Source: Minisyncoccota bacterium (GTDB lineage Bacteria; Patescibacteriota; Minisyncoccia; Phycocordibacterales; UBA9973). From it: DNA of 64,000 nt. The notes under the pieces were generated by a model. It was given only the letters and a program-made list of their open reading frames with translations. It was not told the DNA's origin and did not search any database. Location of the stretch: the NCBI GenBank assembly GCA_041661005.1, contig JBAZVG010000001.1:607515-671514 (forward strand). Direction: 5' to 3'. The translations under genes were made by a program, and so were the position numbers. Shown here in pieces: positions 1 to 9,059 of this stretch (its first letter is position 1; each line of letters begins with the position of its first letter).

Positions 1-126
1 TGCAAGATTACTCAAGCTTAGCCAAAGGCCAAGCTGGTTATTTGTTTTTTCAAGGATAGAAGCATAATTATCCAACACTACCTTGTATTGCTCTGGGACT
101 ACTGAAACTGTAGTTATTGGTGTCAT
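1..126 (-). CDS. hypothetical protein, C-terminal part cut by window edge (reverse strand; start ATG at 126-124, MTPITTVSVVPEQYKVVLDNYASILEKTNNQ...)
   Basis: Open reading frame on the minus strand running off the left window edge; no recognisable motifs. Confidence 0.3.
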   Translation of the reverse strand, partial: MTPITTVSVVPEQYKVVLDNYASILEKTNNQLGLWLSLSNLA

Positions 127-205
127 GCGCGGATTTTAGCATAACAATTTGAAAACTCAAAATAAAGTTTTATTTTAACTATTCATCCTTCGAATTCCTC
201 AGGAT

Positions 206-1753
206 CTAAGCGACTTTCGGTCTGTATTGTATCGCTTCTAAAATATGATTCGCTTTTACATCTTCCGAATTTTCGAGGTCGGCAATAGTCCGAGCGATTT
301 TAATAACTCGATGATAAGCGCGAGCGGAGAGAGCCAAACGTTCCGCGCTGTCGTCCAGCAGATCCCTCACCTCTTCTGTGAGTTTGACCATACTTCCTAA
401 ATCTTTCACATTCATTTCGCTATTTGTGCTGATATCGCGACCAAGTTTTTTAAATCTTTTCTTTTGATTCTCGCGCGCTTTTATTACTCTCGTCTTTATT
501 TTCTCACTTTTTTCTCCCGTTCCTTCTCCACCAAGTTTTTTGTAATCCACATTACCGACAGATACCCATAAATCTATGCGATCCATTATAGGTCCAGATA
601 ATTTTCTTTTGTATCTATCCAAATCAGATGGCTTGCAAATGCAAGATCTTTGTTTGCTACCAGCATTACCACAAGGACAGGGATTCATTGCGGCCACCAA
701 TATAAAATTCGAAGGGAAAATGGCCGAACCTTTGGCGCGAGAAATTGAAACAATGTTATCTTCGAGGGGCTGTCGGAGCGATTCGATTACTCTTTTTTCA
801 AATTCTGGAAATTCATCTAAAAACAAAACTCCTCGATGCGCGAGCGTTACTTCTCCGGGTTTTGGATATGTTCCTCCACCGATCAATGAAACATAAGATG
901 AAGTGTGATGTGGGGCTCGAAATGGCGGGAAGCAAACCAACTCTCCTCTCGTAGCTCCTGCCACGGAATGAATACCAGTTATTTCCAACACTTCTTCGGT
1001 GCTCAAGTCCGGCAACAATCCTGAAAAAACTCTAGCAAGCATCGTCTTGCCTGTGCCGGGAGGGCCATACATGGCGATGTTGTGTCCGCCGGCGGCGGCA
1101 ATTTCGAGTCCACGCTTGGCGCCTTCTTGTCCGCGAATGTCAGAAAAATCCCCTCCTTTTATTTCTCTTTTATAAATTATTTTGGTTTCCGGTTGCACTA
1201 AAATTTTCTTTTTTTTATTTTCCAAATTTTTTTTACCTTCATCAATATGTTCTATAACTTCTTTTAAACTGTTTGCTCCGAAAATTTTTATACCCTCCAC
1301 CAATGCCGCTTCTATCGCATTTTCTTTTGGTAAATATATTTCTTCATACCCCCGTCTTTTAGCTTCTTCTGCAAGTGGCAAAGCCCCACGTATGCTACGA
1401 AGCATCCCATCCAACCCGAGCTCACCAAGAAAAATTTTTTTCTCTGAATTAAATTTAATATCACCAGTAGCCTTGAGATACGCGATAGCAATCGCCAGAT
1501 CAAAAAACGGCCCTTCTTTTTTTAGATCAGCCGGTGAAAGCGAAACTATTATTTTTTGATTTTTTGCTTTTGGAGATTTAAAACCAGAATTTTTTATCGC
1601 TCCGCTTACTCTGTCTTTGGATTCATCCACAGCCTTATCGGGTAAACCAACCACAGAAAAAGTGTGAAGTCCTTTGGACAAATCCACCTCAATCGTCACA
1701 ATAACTCCCCGGAGTAGATTGACTTGCGCCGAGTAAACTTTAGCGAAGCTCAT
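206..1753 (-). CDS. comM: Mg-chelatase-like AAA+ ATPase ComM/YifB family
   Basis: 515 aa; Walker A GPPGTGKT; Lon-like N-terminal domain; C-terminal ChlI-like region; full-length ORF. Confidence 0.9.
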   Translation of the reverse strand: MSFAKVYSAQVNLLRGVIVTIEVDLSKGLHTFSVVGLPDKAVDESKDRVSGAIKNSGFKSPKAKNQKIIVSLSPADLKKEGPFFDLAIAIAYLKATGDIKFNSEKKIFLGELGLDGMLRSIRGALPLAEEAKRRGYEEIYLPKENAIEAALVEGIKIFGANSLKEVIEHIDEGKKNLENKKKKILVQPETKIIYKREIKGGDFSDIRGQEGAKRGLEIAAAGGHNIAMYGPPGTGKTMLARVFSGLLPDLSTEEVLEITGIHSVAGATRGELVCFPPFRAPHHTSSYVSLIGGGTYPKPGEVTLAHRGVLFLDEFPEFEKRVIESLRQPLEDNIVSISRAKGSAIFPSNFILVAAMNPCPCGNAGSKQRSCICKPSDLDRYKRKLSGPIMDRIDLWVSVGNVDYKKLGGEGTGEKSEKIKTRVIKARENQKKRFKKLGRDISTNSEMNVKDLGSMVKLTEEVRDLLDDSAERLALSARAYHRVIKIARTIADLENSEDVKANHILEAIQYRPKVA

Positions 1754-1772
1754 GATGATTTTGCAATCTACA

Positions 1773-2129
1773 CTAATTTTTTAAATGTTCTTTACAAGTT
1801 CGAGCAGCTGGGTTTGCTTCTAAGCGCGTTATTTCTATATTTTTTTTGCATACTTCACACTTGCCGAAAGATTCCCTATTTATCCCCTTGAGCGCTTTTA
1901 AAATATTGTTCAATCTGGGCCCTAGAGTTTTAATCATAGAACTTCTTGCCTCAAAATCTTCGAATCTGTCTGCCATGTCATTTTGATCCGACTCTGGAGA
2001 ATCCAACTCTTCTGGAATCGCCTCCCATTCGAGAGTTTCAGTGTTTAATTTGCCCATACCTCGCAACTCCTCAAGCAAAAGATCTCTTTCAGTTTCCAAT
2101 TCTTCTTTAATTTTTTTCTTGTCTAACAT
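1773..2129 (-). CDS. DksA/TraR-family C4 zinc-finger protein (alternative start at 2228)
   Basis: C-terminal CxxC-x17-CxxC (CEVCKKNIEITRLEANPAARTCKEHLKN) after a coiled-coil. The annotated ORF start at 2423 overlaps the divergent gene, so the internal Met at 2129 (118 aa) or 2228 is preferred. Confidence 0.65.
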   Translation of the reverse strand: MLDKKKIKEELETERDLLLEELRGMGKLNTETLEWEAIPEELDSPESDQNDMADRFEDFEARSSMIKTLGPRLNNILKALKGINRESFGKCEVCKKNIEITRLEANPAARTCKEHLKN

Positions 2130-2259
2130 AAGCAAATAATAGCATTTTAATTTTGCATAGCAAGTATCAGTCTTCTCCCATACCAATGGAAACATCCCAT
2201 CTTCCGCCAAACCGCCACCTATGGTCATTTCGGCAAAAAAAATCTTCCGTGGAAGAAAA

Positions 2260-2288
2260 TTGAGAAAATTAAATAGAACTAGTACAAT
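2260..2288 (+). promoter_or_regulatory. sigma70-like promoter TTGAGA-N17-TACAAT placed 6 nt before the ATG at 2295 (leaderless transcript likely)
   Basis: -35 TTGAGA 2260-2265, 17-nt spacer, -10 TACAAT 2283-2288, start codon 2295. Confidence 0.4.
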
Positions 2289-2294
2289 ATATGT

Positions 2295-3107
2295 ATGGGA
2301 ATTGAACAACCAAAAGCAAACAAATCTGAGAAGGAAAGTTCTCCTAAAAAAAGAAAAGGCATTTTTAATAAAATAGTGAACGTTGTGGCTCTTGGAGCCA
2401 CCCTTGTAGGTGGAAAACTTCATGCAGAAGATTCACAAAATTCTTCAACAACTACTAACCCTACCACCGAAAGTGGAGGAAAATTGGCTGATGCGGAAGC
2501 TGTACAGAAAATAAGAGAAAAACTTGGTGTTCAGGAACCGAAAGTGGAAAGTGATTCAGAGCCTGGTCACATATGGAGTTCTGCTGACGCAAAAATATTT
2601 CAAACTTTGAGAGAAAAAACATTTTTTGATGGAAGTATGGAAAAACACATTAGAGAAGGTATACAGAAAGAGAGAGAATTAAAGGAAAAAGGTTTAGTTG
2701 AGAAAAATAAATTACCGAGCAATCCGGACCAACAAACAACAGGCTCGTCGAGTTGGGCACGCAATGTGGTTAAACATGCAAAAATTTTACAAGAAGGCGT
2801 ACGCGACCAAGAAGACGTAATGAATCTCATATACAAATCGTTTGGGTCTTTTGTCTATCGCTTTCAAAATCCGGATCCTGTGCTGGGAGATTCCATAAAT
2901 GAAATTATGAGAGAAAAGGAAAAACTTATAGAATGGGATAGATCAGGCACAAAAGCGGATTTTAAATCAATATCGGAAGAAGCAAACGAATTAAAAGAAA
3001 TTTTTCAAAAACTTACAAAAGAACATGGTATTCATCCAATCAATATTCGAAACGAGGTTGAAATGTTGAGTGAAATATCTCAGAAATGCGCGGAAAGGGC
3101 AAAATGA
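2295..3107 (+). CDS. hypothetical protein (Lys/Glu-rich, 270 aa)
   Basis: Long ORF with a promoter-like element upstream; no recognisable domain. Confidence 0.5.
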   Translation: MGIEQPKANKSEKESSPKKRKGIFNKIVNVVALGATLVGGKLHAEDSQNSSTTTNPTTESGGKLADAEAVQKIREKLGVQEPKVESDSEPGHIWSSADAKIFQTLREKTFFDGSMEKHIREGIQKERELKEKGLVEKNKLPSNPDQQTTGSSSWARNVVKHAKILQEGVRDQEDVMNLIYKSFGSFVYRFQNPDPVLGDSINEIMREKEKLIEWDRSGTKADFKSISEEANELKEIFQKLTKEHGIHPINIRNEVEMLSEISQKCAERAK

Positions 3108-3130
3108 AAATAAAAGTAAATCTTTCTTTT

Positions 3131-4015
3131 TTATTTTTTTATCTGAGTCGAGGAGAGACGAAACATTATCTCTTTCCCGGCATTTTTGGCATTAGTTATG
3201 ATGATAGAATTATCGTTTGCAAAAATATACATCATCACCATTTTACCACCATCGTCATACAAGATACGCGCATTCTTGTTCTCAACAACTCCGTCTTCAA
3301 AACTTTTTGTAAAGAGGTATTTTATCTCAGATGAAATATCTACCCAAAAAAAATCTTTTAAATCAAGAAACATCTTTTCTTCCCATGCACGCAAAGCGTC
3401 AAAAGTATCGACGACAGAGCGCACTTTGATCAAAATGAAAAAATCTTTACCCGCTGATGGATCAGATTGGATTTCTTCATTGACCACACCCATCAAAAAA
3501 TTATCTCCAACAAAAACATCACCGAGAAGCGGGTCAACTTTAGGCTGAAAATTTCCCTTTATAAGTTCAAAAAACCTTCTCAAGCCTATGATCTTTTTAT
3601 CTTCAGTCAGATAAATCCCTTCAATTCCACCCTTTTTTACTTCTGTTCTTTTGATTTCATTAACGACAGTTTGAATAATTTCTTCTCTTTTCAAACCCTT
3701 CACCTCAATGAAAGCGCTCTTGTCATTAAAAATGAGGGGTGTAAATTGCTTTTCGATGGGGACAGTAGGAACTTCTTCACTGAAAAAGAAAAAAATTAGT
3801 GTAACTAAAGATATCGAAAAAAATAAAAAACTAAAAAACATAAAAAGTTTGTTTTTTTGCGACTCTGGAGACAAATCCATTTTTTCTTTCTCGTGTTTTC
3901 CTTCTTCGTAAATTATTTTTTTTATCAGCCCGCTTTTGTCATCCTCAATCACCTTCGCCATATCTCCAGCATAAGTTTGAACAATTTTATTTTGTATTTT
4001 ATTATCTTTTTCCAT
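3131..4015 (-). CDS. hypothetical single-pass membrane protein
   Basis: 294 aa; one strong TM helix (LFMFFSFLFFSISLVTLIFFFF) after a ~50-aa cytoplasmic N-terminus. Confidence 0.5.
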   Translation of the reverse strand: MEKDNKIQNKIVQTYAGDMAKVIEDDKSGLIKKIIYEEGKHEKEKMDLSPESQKNKLFMFFSFLFFSISLVTLIFFFFSEEVPTVPIEKQFTPLIFNDKSAFIEVKGLKREEIIQTVVNEIKRTEVKKGGIEGIYLTEDKKIIGLRRFFELIKGNFQPKVDPLLGDVFVGDNFLMGVVNEEIQSDPSAGKDFFILIKVRSVVDTFDALRAWEEKMFLDLKDFFWVDISSEIKYLFTKSFEDGVVENKNARILYDDGGKMVMMYIFANDNSIIITNAKNAGKEIMFRLSSTQIKK

Positions 4016-4108
4016 TTTCTATAAAATAAATAGTTTTAATTTTTTAGAATGGTCTGGCTGGGAGAGGGACACGGAAAACCGAGGACCTTATAAAAAATTG
4101 AAAACTAT

Positions 4109-6250
4109 TTATTTTTTAAAGAAATTACTGTCCGCCTCTTTGATAGAAAGACCAATTCTCCCTTTTTCCCTATCAATAGATATAACTTTCACGGGCACTA
4201 TCATACCCTCCTTTATTATATCGCTAACTCGCTCGACACGAAATGGGGCTAATTCAGATATGTGCACCATACCATCTGTAAAAGCATTCAACTTAACAAA
4301 GGCCCCAAAGTCGGCTATTTTTACAACTTCTCCTTTTAATATTTCTCCCACAGCATACTCGTGCGTCATTTCCAAAACTATGGACTTGGCTTTCTCTGCG
4401 GAATCACCTTTCCCTGTGAAATAGACAGTTCCATCATCTTCAATGGTGATCTCTGCTCCAGACTTTTCCTTGATCTCCTTTATAGTTTTTCCGCCACCTC
4501 CTATCACCATGCCTATCATGTCCGGATTTATTTTAATAATCAATATCTTTGGAGCGTTTGGCGATATGTCAGCGCGAGGAATTTTAATTTCTTTTTCAAT
4601 TTTGTCTAAAATAATCGCTCTGGCGGCCTTCGCTTGCAACATTGCTTCACCCAATATTTTTATCGGCACACCTTCTACTTTTACATCGAGCTGTATAGCA
4701 GTGACCCCAACCCTCGTGCCTGCAACTTTGAAATCCATGTCTCCATAGTGATCCTCAGGACCTTGGATGTCAGTCAAGATTTTATATTCATCATCAGACT
4801 TATGCATCAATCCCATCGCGATACCAGCGACAGGCGCCTTGATCGGAACTCCGCCATCCATTAATGCCAAAGTCGAAGCGCAAATCGAAGCTTGAGAAGT
4901 AGAACCATTGGAAGCCATTGATTCAGACACTAGACGAATTGTATATGGGAATTCCAAAGCAGAAGGCAAAACCATCGCGAGCGCTTTTTCAGCCAAAGCG
5001 CCATGACCCACTTCTCGACGATTTGTAAATCCTGCTCGTCCTGTTTCTCCCGAAGAATATGGTGGAAAATTGTAATGATGCATGAATCTTTTTTCAGCTT
5101 TCGTCTGCATCCCATCAATCATGTGTCTATCTTCAGGACCGCCCAATGTCAGCACCGATAAGACATGTGTCCCCCCTCGGTAAAAAATCCCGGAACCGTG
5201 CAAGACAGACGAAACCCCTCCAGCTTGAGCGTAAAGATCTCGAAGCTCATCCATTTTTCTACCATCAGCTCGTTTGTTTTCTTCGATAGCGCTCTGGTGC
5301 AGAATATCGTTTTCTGTATCATCAAACAAATTGTCTTCCGAACTAAAATCTTCTCTCTCAGTATATTTGTCTGCAACCATTTTATTCCAAATGCTATGAA
5401 GCTCGTCGATTTTTGCCTTGCCCACGCCAGAAAATATAGCATCAGACATTTTAGGCAGAATGTTTTCGTTAAATAATTTAACCGATTCAGGATCTATTTC
5501 TTCTTTCGCAATGACTCTTTTTTCTTTACCTATTTCTTTTACAATTTTCTTTTGGAAGTCTTCCAATTTGGCGATCTCTTCACTTGCCCGAGTCAAAGCT
5601 ACCTCCAATTCTTTTTCATCAGTCTGATGAGCTGAAGCTTCAATCATATTTATATTTCCATTTTTACCACAGACAGTAATATCAAATTTATATTTGGCAT
5701 CGTCTACCCTCCAGCTATACGGAGCGTTAACTATCAAACTATCGTCACTTGACTCATGGGAAGCTTGCTTTCCTTCGGGGTCATATTTTCCAATACGCAC
5801 ACAACCAACTGGACCATTCCATGGAATATTAGAAACCGCGAGCGCGAGCGAAGCGGCGTTTACTGCTAAAATTGTCGGATCATTATCGTCAACAGAAATT
5901 ACAGTCACTATCACTTGCACCGCATGGCGAATCGATTGATCAAAAAGCGGACGCAAAGTCCTATCAATAACTCGACTGGCAAGTATCGCATCTTCGCTTG
6001 GCTTGCCTTCTCTTTTTACAAACTTCGAACCTGAAATTTTACCCGAAGCGTAAAATCTTTCCACATAATCCACTGTCAAATTAAAAAATCCCAAGCCATT
6101 TTGCTTGTCTTTAGACATACAAGCAGTGGCTAGAACTATCGTCTCGCCATACTTCAACATCACTGACCCATGGGCTTGCTCTGCCAAATCTGTAAAAATA
6201 GCAGTCAAATTTTTTCCACCAATCTCCACACTATATTCTTTTTTTTGCAT
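4109..6250 (-). CDS. pnp: polyribonucleotide nucleotidyltransferase (PNPase)
   Basis: Two RNase PH domains, KH and C-terminal S1 domain. The start MQKKEY at 6250 is preferred over the upstream in-frame Met at 6313. Confidence 0.92.
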   Translation of the reverse strand: MQKKEYSVEIGGKNLTAIFTDLAEQAHGSVMLKYGETIVLATACMSKDKQNGLGFFNLTVDYVERFYASGKISGSKFVKREGKPSEDAILASRVIDRTLRPLFDQSIRHAVQVIVTVISVDDNDPTILAVNAASLALAVSNIPWNGPVGCVRIGKYDPEGKQASHESSDDSLIVNAPYSWRVDDAKYKFDITVCGKNGNINMIEASAHQTDEKELEVALTRASEEIAKLEDFQKKIVKEIGKEKRVIAKEEIDPESVKLFNENILPKMSDAIFSGVGKAKIDELHSIWNKMVADKYTEREDFSSEDNLFDDTENDILHQSAIEENKRADGRKMDELRDLYAQAGGVSSVLHGSGIFYRGGTHVLSVLTLGGPEDRHMIDGMQTKAEKRFMHHYNFPPYSSGETGRAGFTNRREVGHGALAEKALAMVLPSALEFPYTIRLVSESMASNGSTSQASICASTLALMDGGVPIKAPVAGIAMGLMHKSDDEYKILTDIQGPEDHYGDMDFKVAGTRVGVTAIQLDVKVEGVPIKILGEAMLQAKAARAIILDKIEKEIKIPRADISPNAPKILIIKINPDMIGMVIGGGGKTIKEIKEKSGAEITIEDDGTVYFTGKGDSAEKAKSIVLEMTHEYAVGEILKGEVVKIADFGAFVKLNAFTDGMVHISELAPFRVERVSDIIKEGMIVPVKVISIDREKGRIGLSIKEADSNFFKK

Positions 6251-6413
6251 TTTTTTCTTGCCCCGAGCGAAGTCGAGGGGAGTTCGTATCCAGACTACAG
6301 TGTTGTTCCGCAATTTTGGAACACTACTTTGTGTCTAGACGCGAACCGATTAACTAATAAAATCTAATCAACTTATGATCATTATAGCATTTTTAGACTA
6401 AAAGGCAATGAAA

Positions 6414-6689
6414 TTAAAAAAGTTCTGAGTGAGTACCTATATCGAATAACACCAGAACAAGTTTATTTCCTTCAATCCTGTATATTAGTAAAATATTACC
6501 TTGAATATGGCATTCTCTATATCCATCATATTCACCATGCAAGTTGTGGTCTTGATAAATTGAACCAAGTTTCTCTTCTCTACATAAAGCATCAATGATT
6601 TTATTCAGTTCTGTTTCATTAAATTTACCAGAATGTTTTAATTTCTTAAAAGACTTTTCGTATTGCTTTGTTGGAAAAGGTATAAGCAT
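6414..6689 (-). CDS. yafQ: type II toxin, YafQ/RelE-family mRNA interferase
   Basis: 91 aa; C-terminal ...GYRECHIQGNILLIYRIEGNKLVLVLFDIGTHSELF is typical of the YafQ/RelE fold; lies 3 nt downstream of its antitoxin. Confidence 0.8.
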   Translation of the reverse strand: MLIPFPTKQYEKSFKKLKHSGKFNETELNKIIDALCREEKLGSIYQDHNLHGEYDGYRECHIQGNILLIYRIEGNKLVLVLFDIGTHSELF

Positions 6690-6691
6690 TT

Positions 6692-6958
6692 CTATCTTTT
6701 CATAATATCATCGTGCATTTCTTTTGCCGATGCATATCCTTTGCCATTTTTTATTACCCAATTAAATTCTTTGTCCCATCTTTTCCTATTAGCTCTTGTT
6801 TTCGTAGTGCTAGGTACAAAGGGCATACACTGATCAATTGCTACTTGATTTAAAAACATTTTCATACCAGAAGACATATCAATACCCATACCTTTAAATG
6901 CCTTTTGGGCTCTTATTTTAGTGGGACTATCTATTCTAATTTGTATTGTTGTGTTCAT
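6692..6958 (-). CDS. dinJ: type II antitoxin, DinJ/RelB family
   Basis: MNTTIQIRIDSPTKIRAQKAFKGMGIDMSSGMKMFLNQV resembles the RHH DinJ N-terminus. The internal Met at 6958 avoids overlap with the RT gene. Adjacent to yafQ. Confidence 0.75.
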   Translation of the reverse strand: MNTTIQIRIDSPTKIRAQKAFKGMGIDMSSGMKMFLNQVAIDQCMPFVPSTTKTRANRKRWDKEFNWVIKNGKGYASAKEMHDDIMKR

Positions 6959-7019
6959 ATACATAGCATATACCCCTGTAATGACAATGTCAATACATAA
7001 AAATATGTAAACACTTTTA

Positions 7020-8069
7020 TTACTCATTCAACCAAAACCAAAATTTATTTTGTATTTCCTGGCTTAGTTTATAAGCGTTCGCATGAGATAAAACACCAAG
7101 ATAAGATTGAAGGGAAGAACGAAGAGTCAACTCACTGACTTGCCCATTCCTATAACGATTCACATTTTCTTTCAGCTTCCTAAAAATTCTTTGTTTCGTT
7201 TTTGTTCTCAACTTAATATGTTCAGGCAAAATGACGTAGCCGAGAAAATCAACGCCACGGATATGTTTAGTGATATGAACTTTTTTAGGATGGAGTTCAA
7301 GACATAATTTTGTTTCCAAAAAATCTTGTATCGCCGGAATTAAATTTTTTAGGTATGTCTTATCCGTAGAAATTATTATGAAGTCATCAGTGTAGCGTGC
7401 GTAGTATTTTATTTTCAATTCATGCTTAACGAACTGGTCAAATTCATTCATATAGATATTGGCAAAAATCTGCGATGTCAGGTTGCCGATCGGCACACCC
7501 CGGCGATCAAAGAGATTTCTTTTGTTCGTCTCAAAGCTCTCGATGATTTCTCGCATGAGTTTCATCACTTTTTCATCCCTGATTCTTTTTTCCAGAATGC
7601 CGAGCAAAACATTATGATTCACAGAATCAAAAAACTTTCTGATGTCGCATTTCAGAGCATAACACCGGCGGGTACTATTTTGACTTACGGAGCGAGTCAT
7701 CTCTACAACCTTTTCCATCCCTTTGTGAGTTCCTTTACCGACACGACAAGAAAAAGAATCAGGAATAAAGGTCGGCTCAAATATCGGATTAAGTACATTA
7801 AAAATAGCGTGGTGGAGAACGCGGTCGCGGACAGTCGCTTTATGAATCCGGCGCAGTTTCGGGTCATGAATCCAAAACCCTTTATACGGTCCATGTTTGT
7901 ATATTCCGCTCTTTAAATCCCTATAAAGATCGAAAATGTTTTTTTCGAGATTAAGTTCAAAATCGCTGACGTCTATCCTGTTTCTTTTGTCCGCTTTAAA
8001 CATGTCCCATGCGCGAAATAATGAAGAAGGAGAAATTATTAACCAATATAAATCTTTATAGAATTTCAT
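7020..8069 (-). CDS. diversity-generating retroelement reverse transcriptase
   Basis: 349 aa; RT motifs including YARYTDDFII (YxDD) and the DGR-specific motif-4 PIGNLTSQ (IGxxxSQ); sits next to avd, TR and VR. Confidence 0.9.
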   Translation of the reverse strand: MKFYKDLYWLIISPSSLFRAWDMFKADKRNRIDVSDFELNLEKNIFDLYRDLKSGIYKHGPYKGFWIHDPKLRRIHKATVRDRVLHHAIFNVLNPIFEPTFIPDSFSCRVGKGTHKGMEKVVEMTRSVSQNSTRRCYALKCDIRKFFDSVNHNVLLGILEKRIRDEKVMKLMREIIESFETNKRNLFDRRGVPIGNLTSQIFANIYMNEFDQFVKHELKIKYYARYTDDFIIISTDKTYLKNLIPAIQDFLETKLCLELHPKKVHITKHIRGVDFLGYVILPEHIKLRTKTKQRIFRKLKENVNRYRNGQVSELTLRSSLQSYLGVLSHANAYKLSQEIQNKFWFWLNE

Positions 8070-8072
8070 TTT

Positions 8073-8423
8073 ATGAATGACCTAGATATCCCCATCTTAA
8101 GAAAATCCTACGACCTGTACAAAGAATTTTACAAACTAAGATTAGTAGTACCAAAACAAGATCGCTATGTTCTTTGGCAGAAATGCGAGAATACTTTGAT
8201 CACCGTCTTAGAAGGTGCATTGCTTGCCAGTCAGCAATCTAAAATGGAGAAACTACCAACACTGGAAAGAACCAGCGTTAAGCTAAACTTCCTGAAAGTT
8301 TGTGTTCGCCTTATGAAAGACGTCAAAGCTATTAATTCCAAAACTTATATCGTCATCGAAGCAGATCTCGACGAGATTGGAAAAATGCTTGGAGGGTGGA
8401 TTAAATCCACAAAAGAGCGTTAA
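8073..8423 (+). CDS. avd: DGR accessory variability determinant (Avd, four-helix-bundle family)
   Basis: 116 aa; the C-terminal EADLDEIGKMLGGWIKSTKER resembles BPP-1 Avd (EVGRILGSWIARVNRK); divergent from the RT gene with 3 nt between the two start codons. Confidence 0.8.
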   Translation: MNDLDIPILRKSYDLYKEFYKLRLVVPKQDRYVLWQKCENTLITVLEGALLASQQSKMEKLPTLERTSVKLNFLKVCVRLMKDVKAINSKTYIVIEADLDEIGKMLGGWIKSTKER

Positions 8424-8424
8424 C

Positions 8425-8456
8425 AGAAACTCCCACGATTTAAGGTGGGAGTTTCT
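8425..8456 (+). terminator. hairpin just after the avd stop (agaaactcccac-N8-gtgggagtttct), T-rich 3' flank
   Basis: Perfect 12-bp inverted repeat starting 2 nt after the avd stop; lies between avd and TR. Confidence 0.45.
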
Positions 8457-8478
8457 TATGAGAGAAGATGGAAATGCC

Positions 8479-8586
8479 GGGAGGCGCCAACACCGACGTT
8501 GTCGTTCTGGTTACCATTCCAGTTGTTGACATTGAGACCGTTCTCGTTGAAGTTACCGACGCACGAGACGTTACCAGCGTTGACCT
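8479..8586 (-). repeat. DGR template repeat (TR), sense on the minus strand
   Basis: 108 bp homologous to 9083-9190. On the minus strand it reads QVNAGNVSCVGNFNENGLNVNNWNGNQNDNVGVGAS with 12 AAC/AAT codons. Not inside any plausible ORF. Confidence 0.85.
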
Positions 8587-9000
8587 AACGTATATTGCTT
8601 GTTTTCATCCGTGTCACCAAGAATTGAGTTTTACCGTTTTTGCAAACCTATATACTCTTTCCTTTGTTTTAGATATAAAGTTCCAAACCTTATATCAGAT
8701 TTAATTTGGAAGCATCTGTATAAACAGAACTTCACTAAAAACAAGCAAGAATTTCCATCTCTATTCTTAATCGCACTCTACTGTGATCCGTAGACCATTA
8801 GTATTCCGGCGATATCTCAAGATGAGATATCTCGCGAGCTTGAACCGTAATCCAAACTACATTAGCAAGATGTAAATATATTAACTTAATGTATATAAAA
8901 TAGAAAGACCTCGCGAGAAGCAGAGCTTTCACGAGGTCTGACGAACCTCGTGGTTCGTATTTGTTATAGACAAGATAATATAAGAATCACCCACATCAGA

Positions 9001-9033
9001 GCCTCCGCGCCCCAGAAAAAATGGCGCGGAGGC
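9001..9033. promoter_or_regulatory. GC-rich hairpin (11-bp perfect stem gcctccgcgcc/ggcgcggaggc, 11-nt loop), 27 nt past the target stop and 50 nt from the VR 3' end
   Basis: Inverted repeat seen directly; no U-run on either strand, so not a canonical intrinsic terminator; position matches DGR hairpin/cruciform elements. Confidence 0.5.
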
Positions 9034-9059
9034 TCAAGTAGTCAAGAGGAGCAAATCCT

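Noticed and set aside
2130-2423. Long N-terminal extension of the DksA-like ORF
   Set aside because: It overlaps the divergent gene 2295-3107 and its promoter. DksA/TraR proteins are ~110-150 aa, which fits an internal start.
6251-6313. N-terminal 21-aa extension of pnp (MRNNTVVWIRTPLDFARGKKK)
   Set aside because: The PNPase alignment starts at MQKKEY (6250). The extension overlaps the structured leader.
8468-8704. 78-aa plus-strand ORF covering the TR
   Set aside because: It is the antisense of the template repeat and has no start context. The TR is a non-coding template whose sense is the minus strand.
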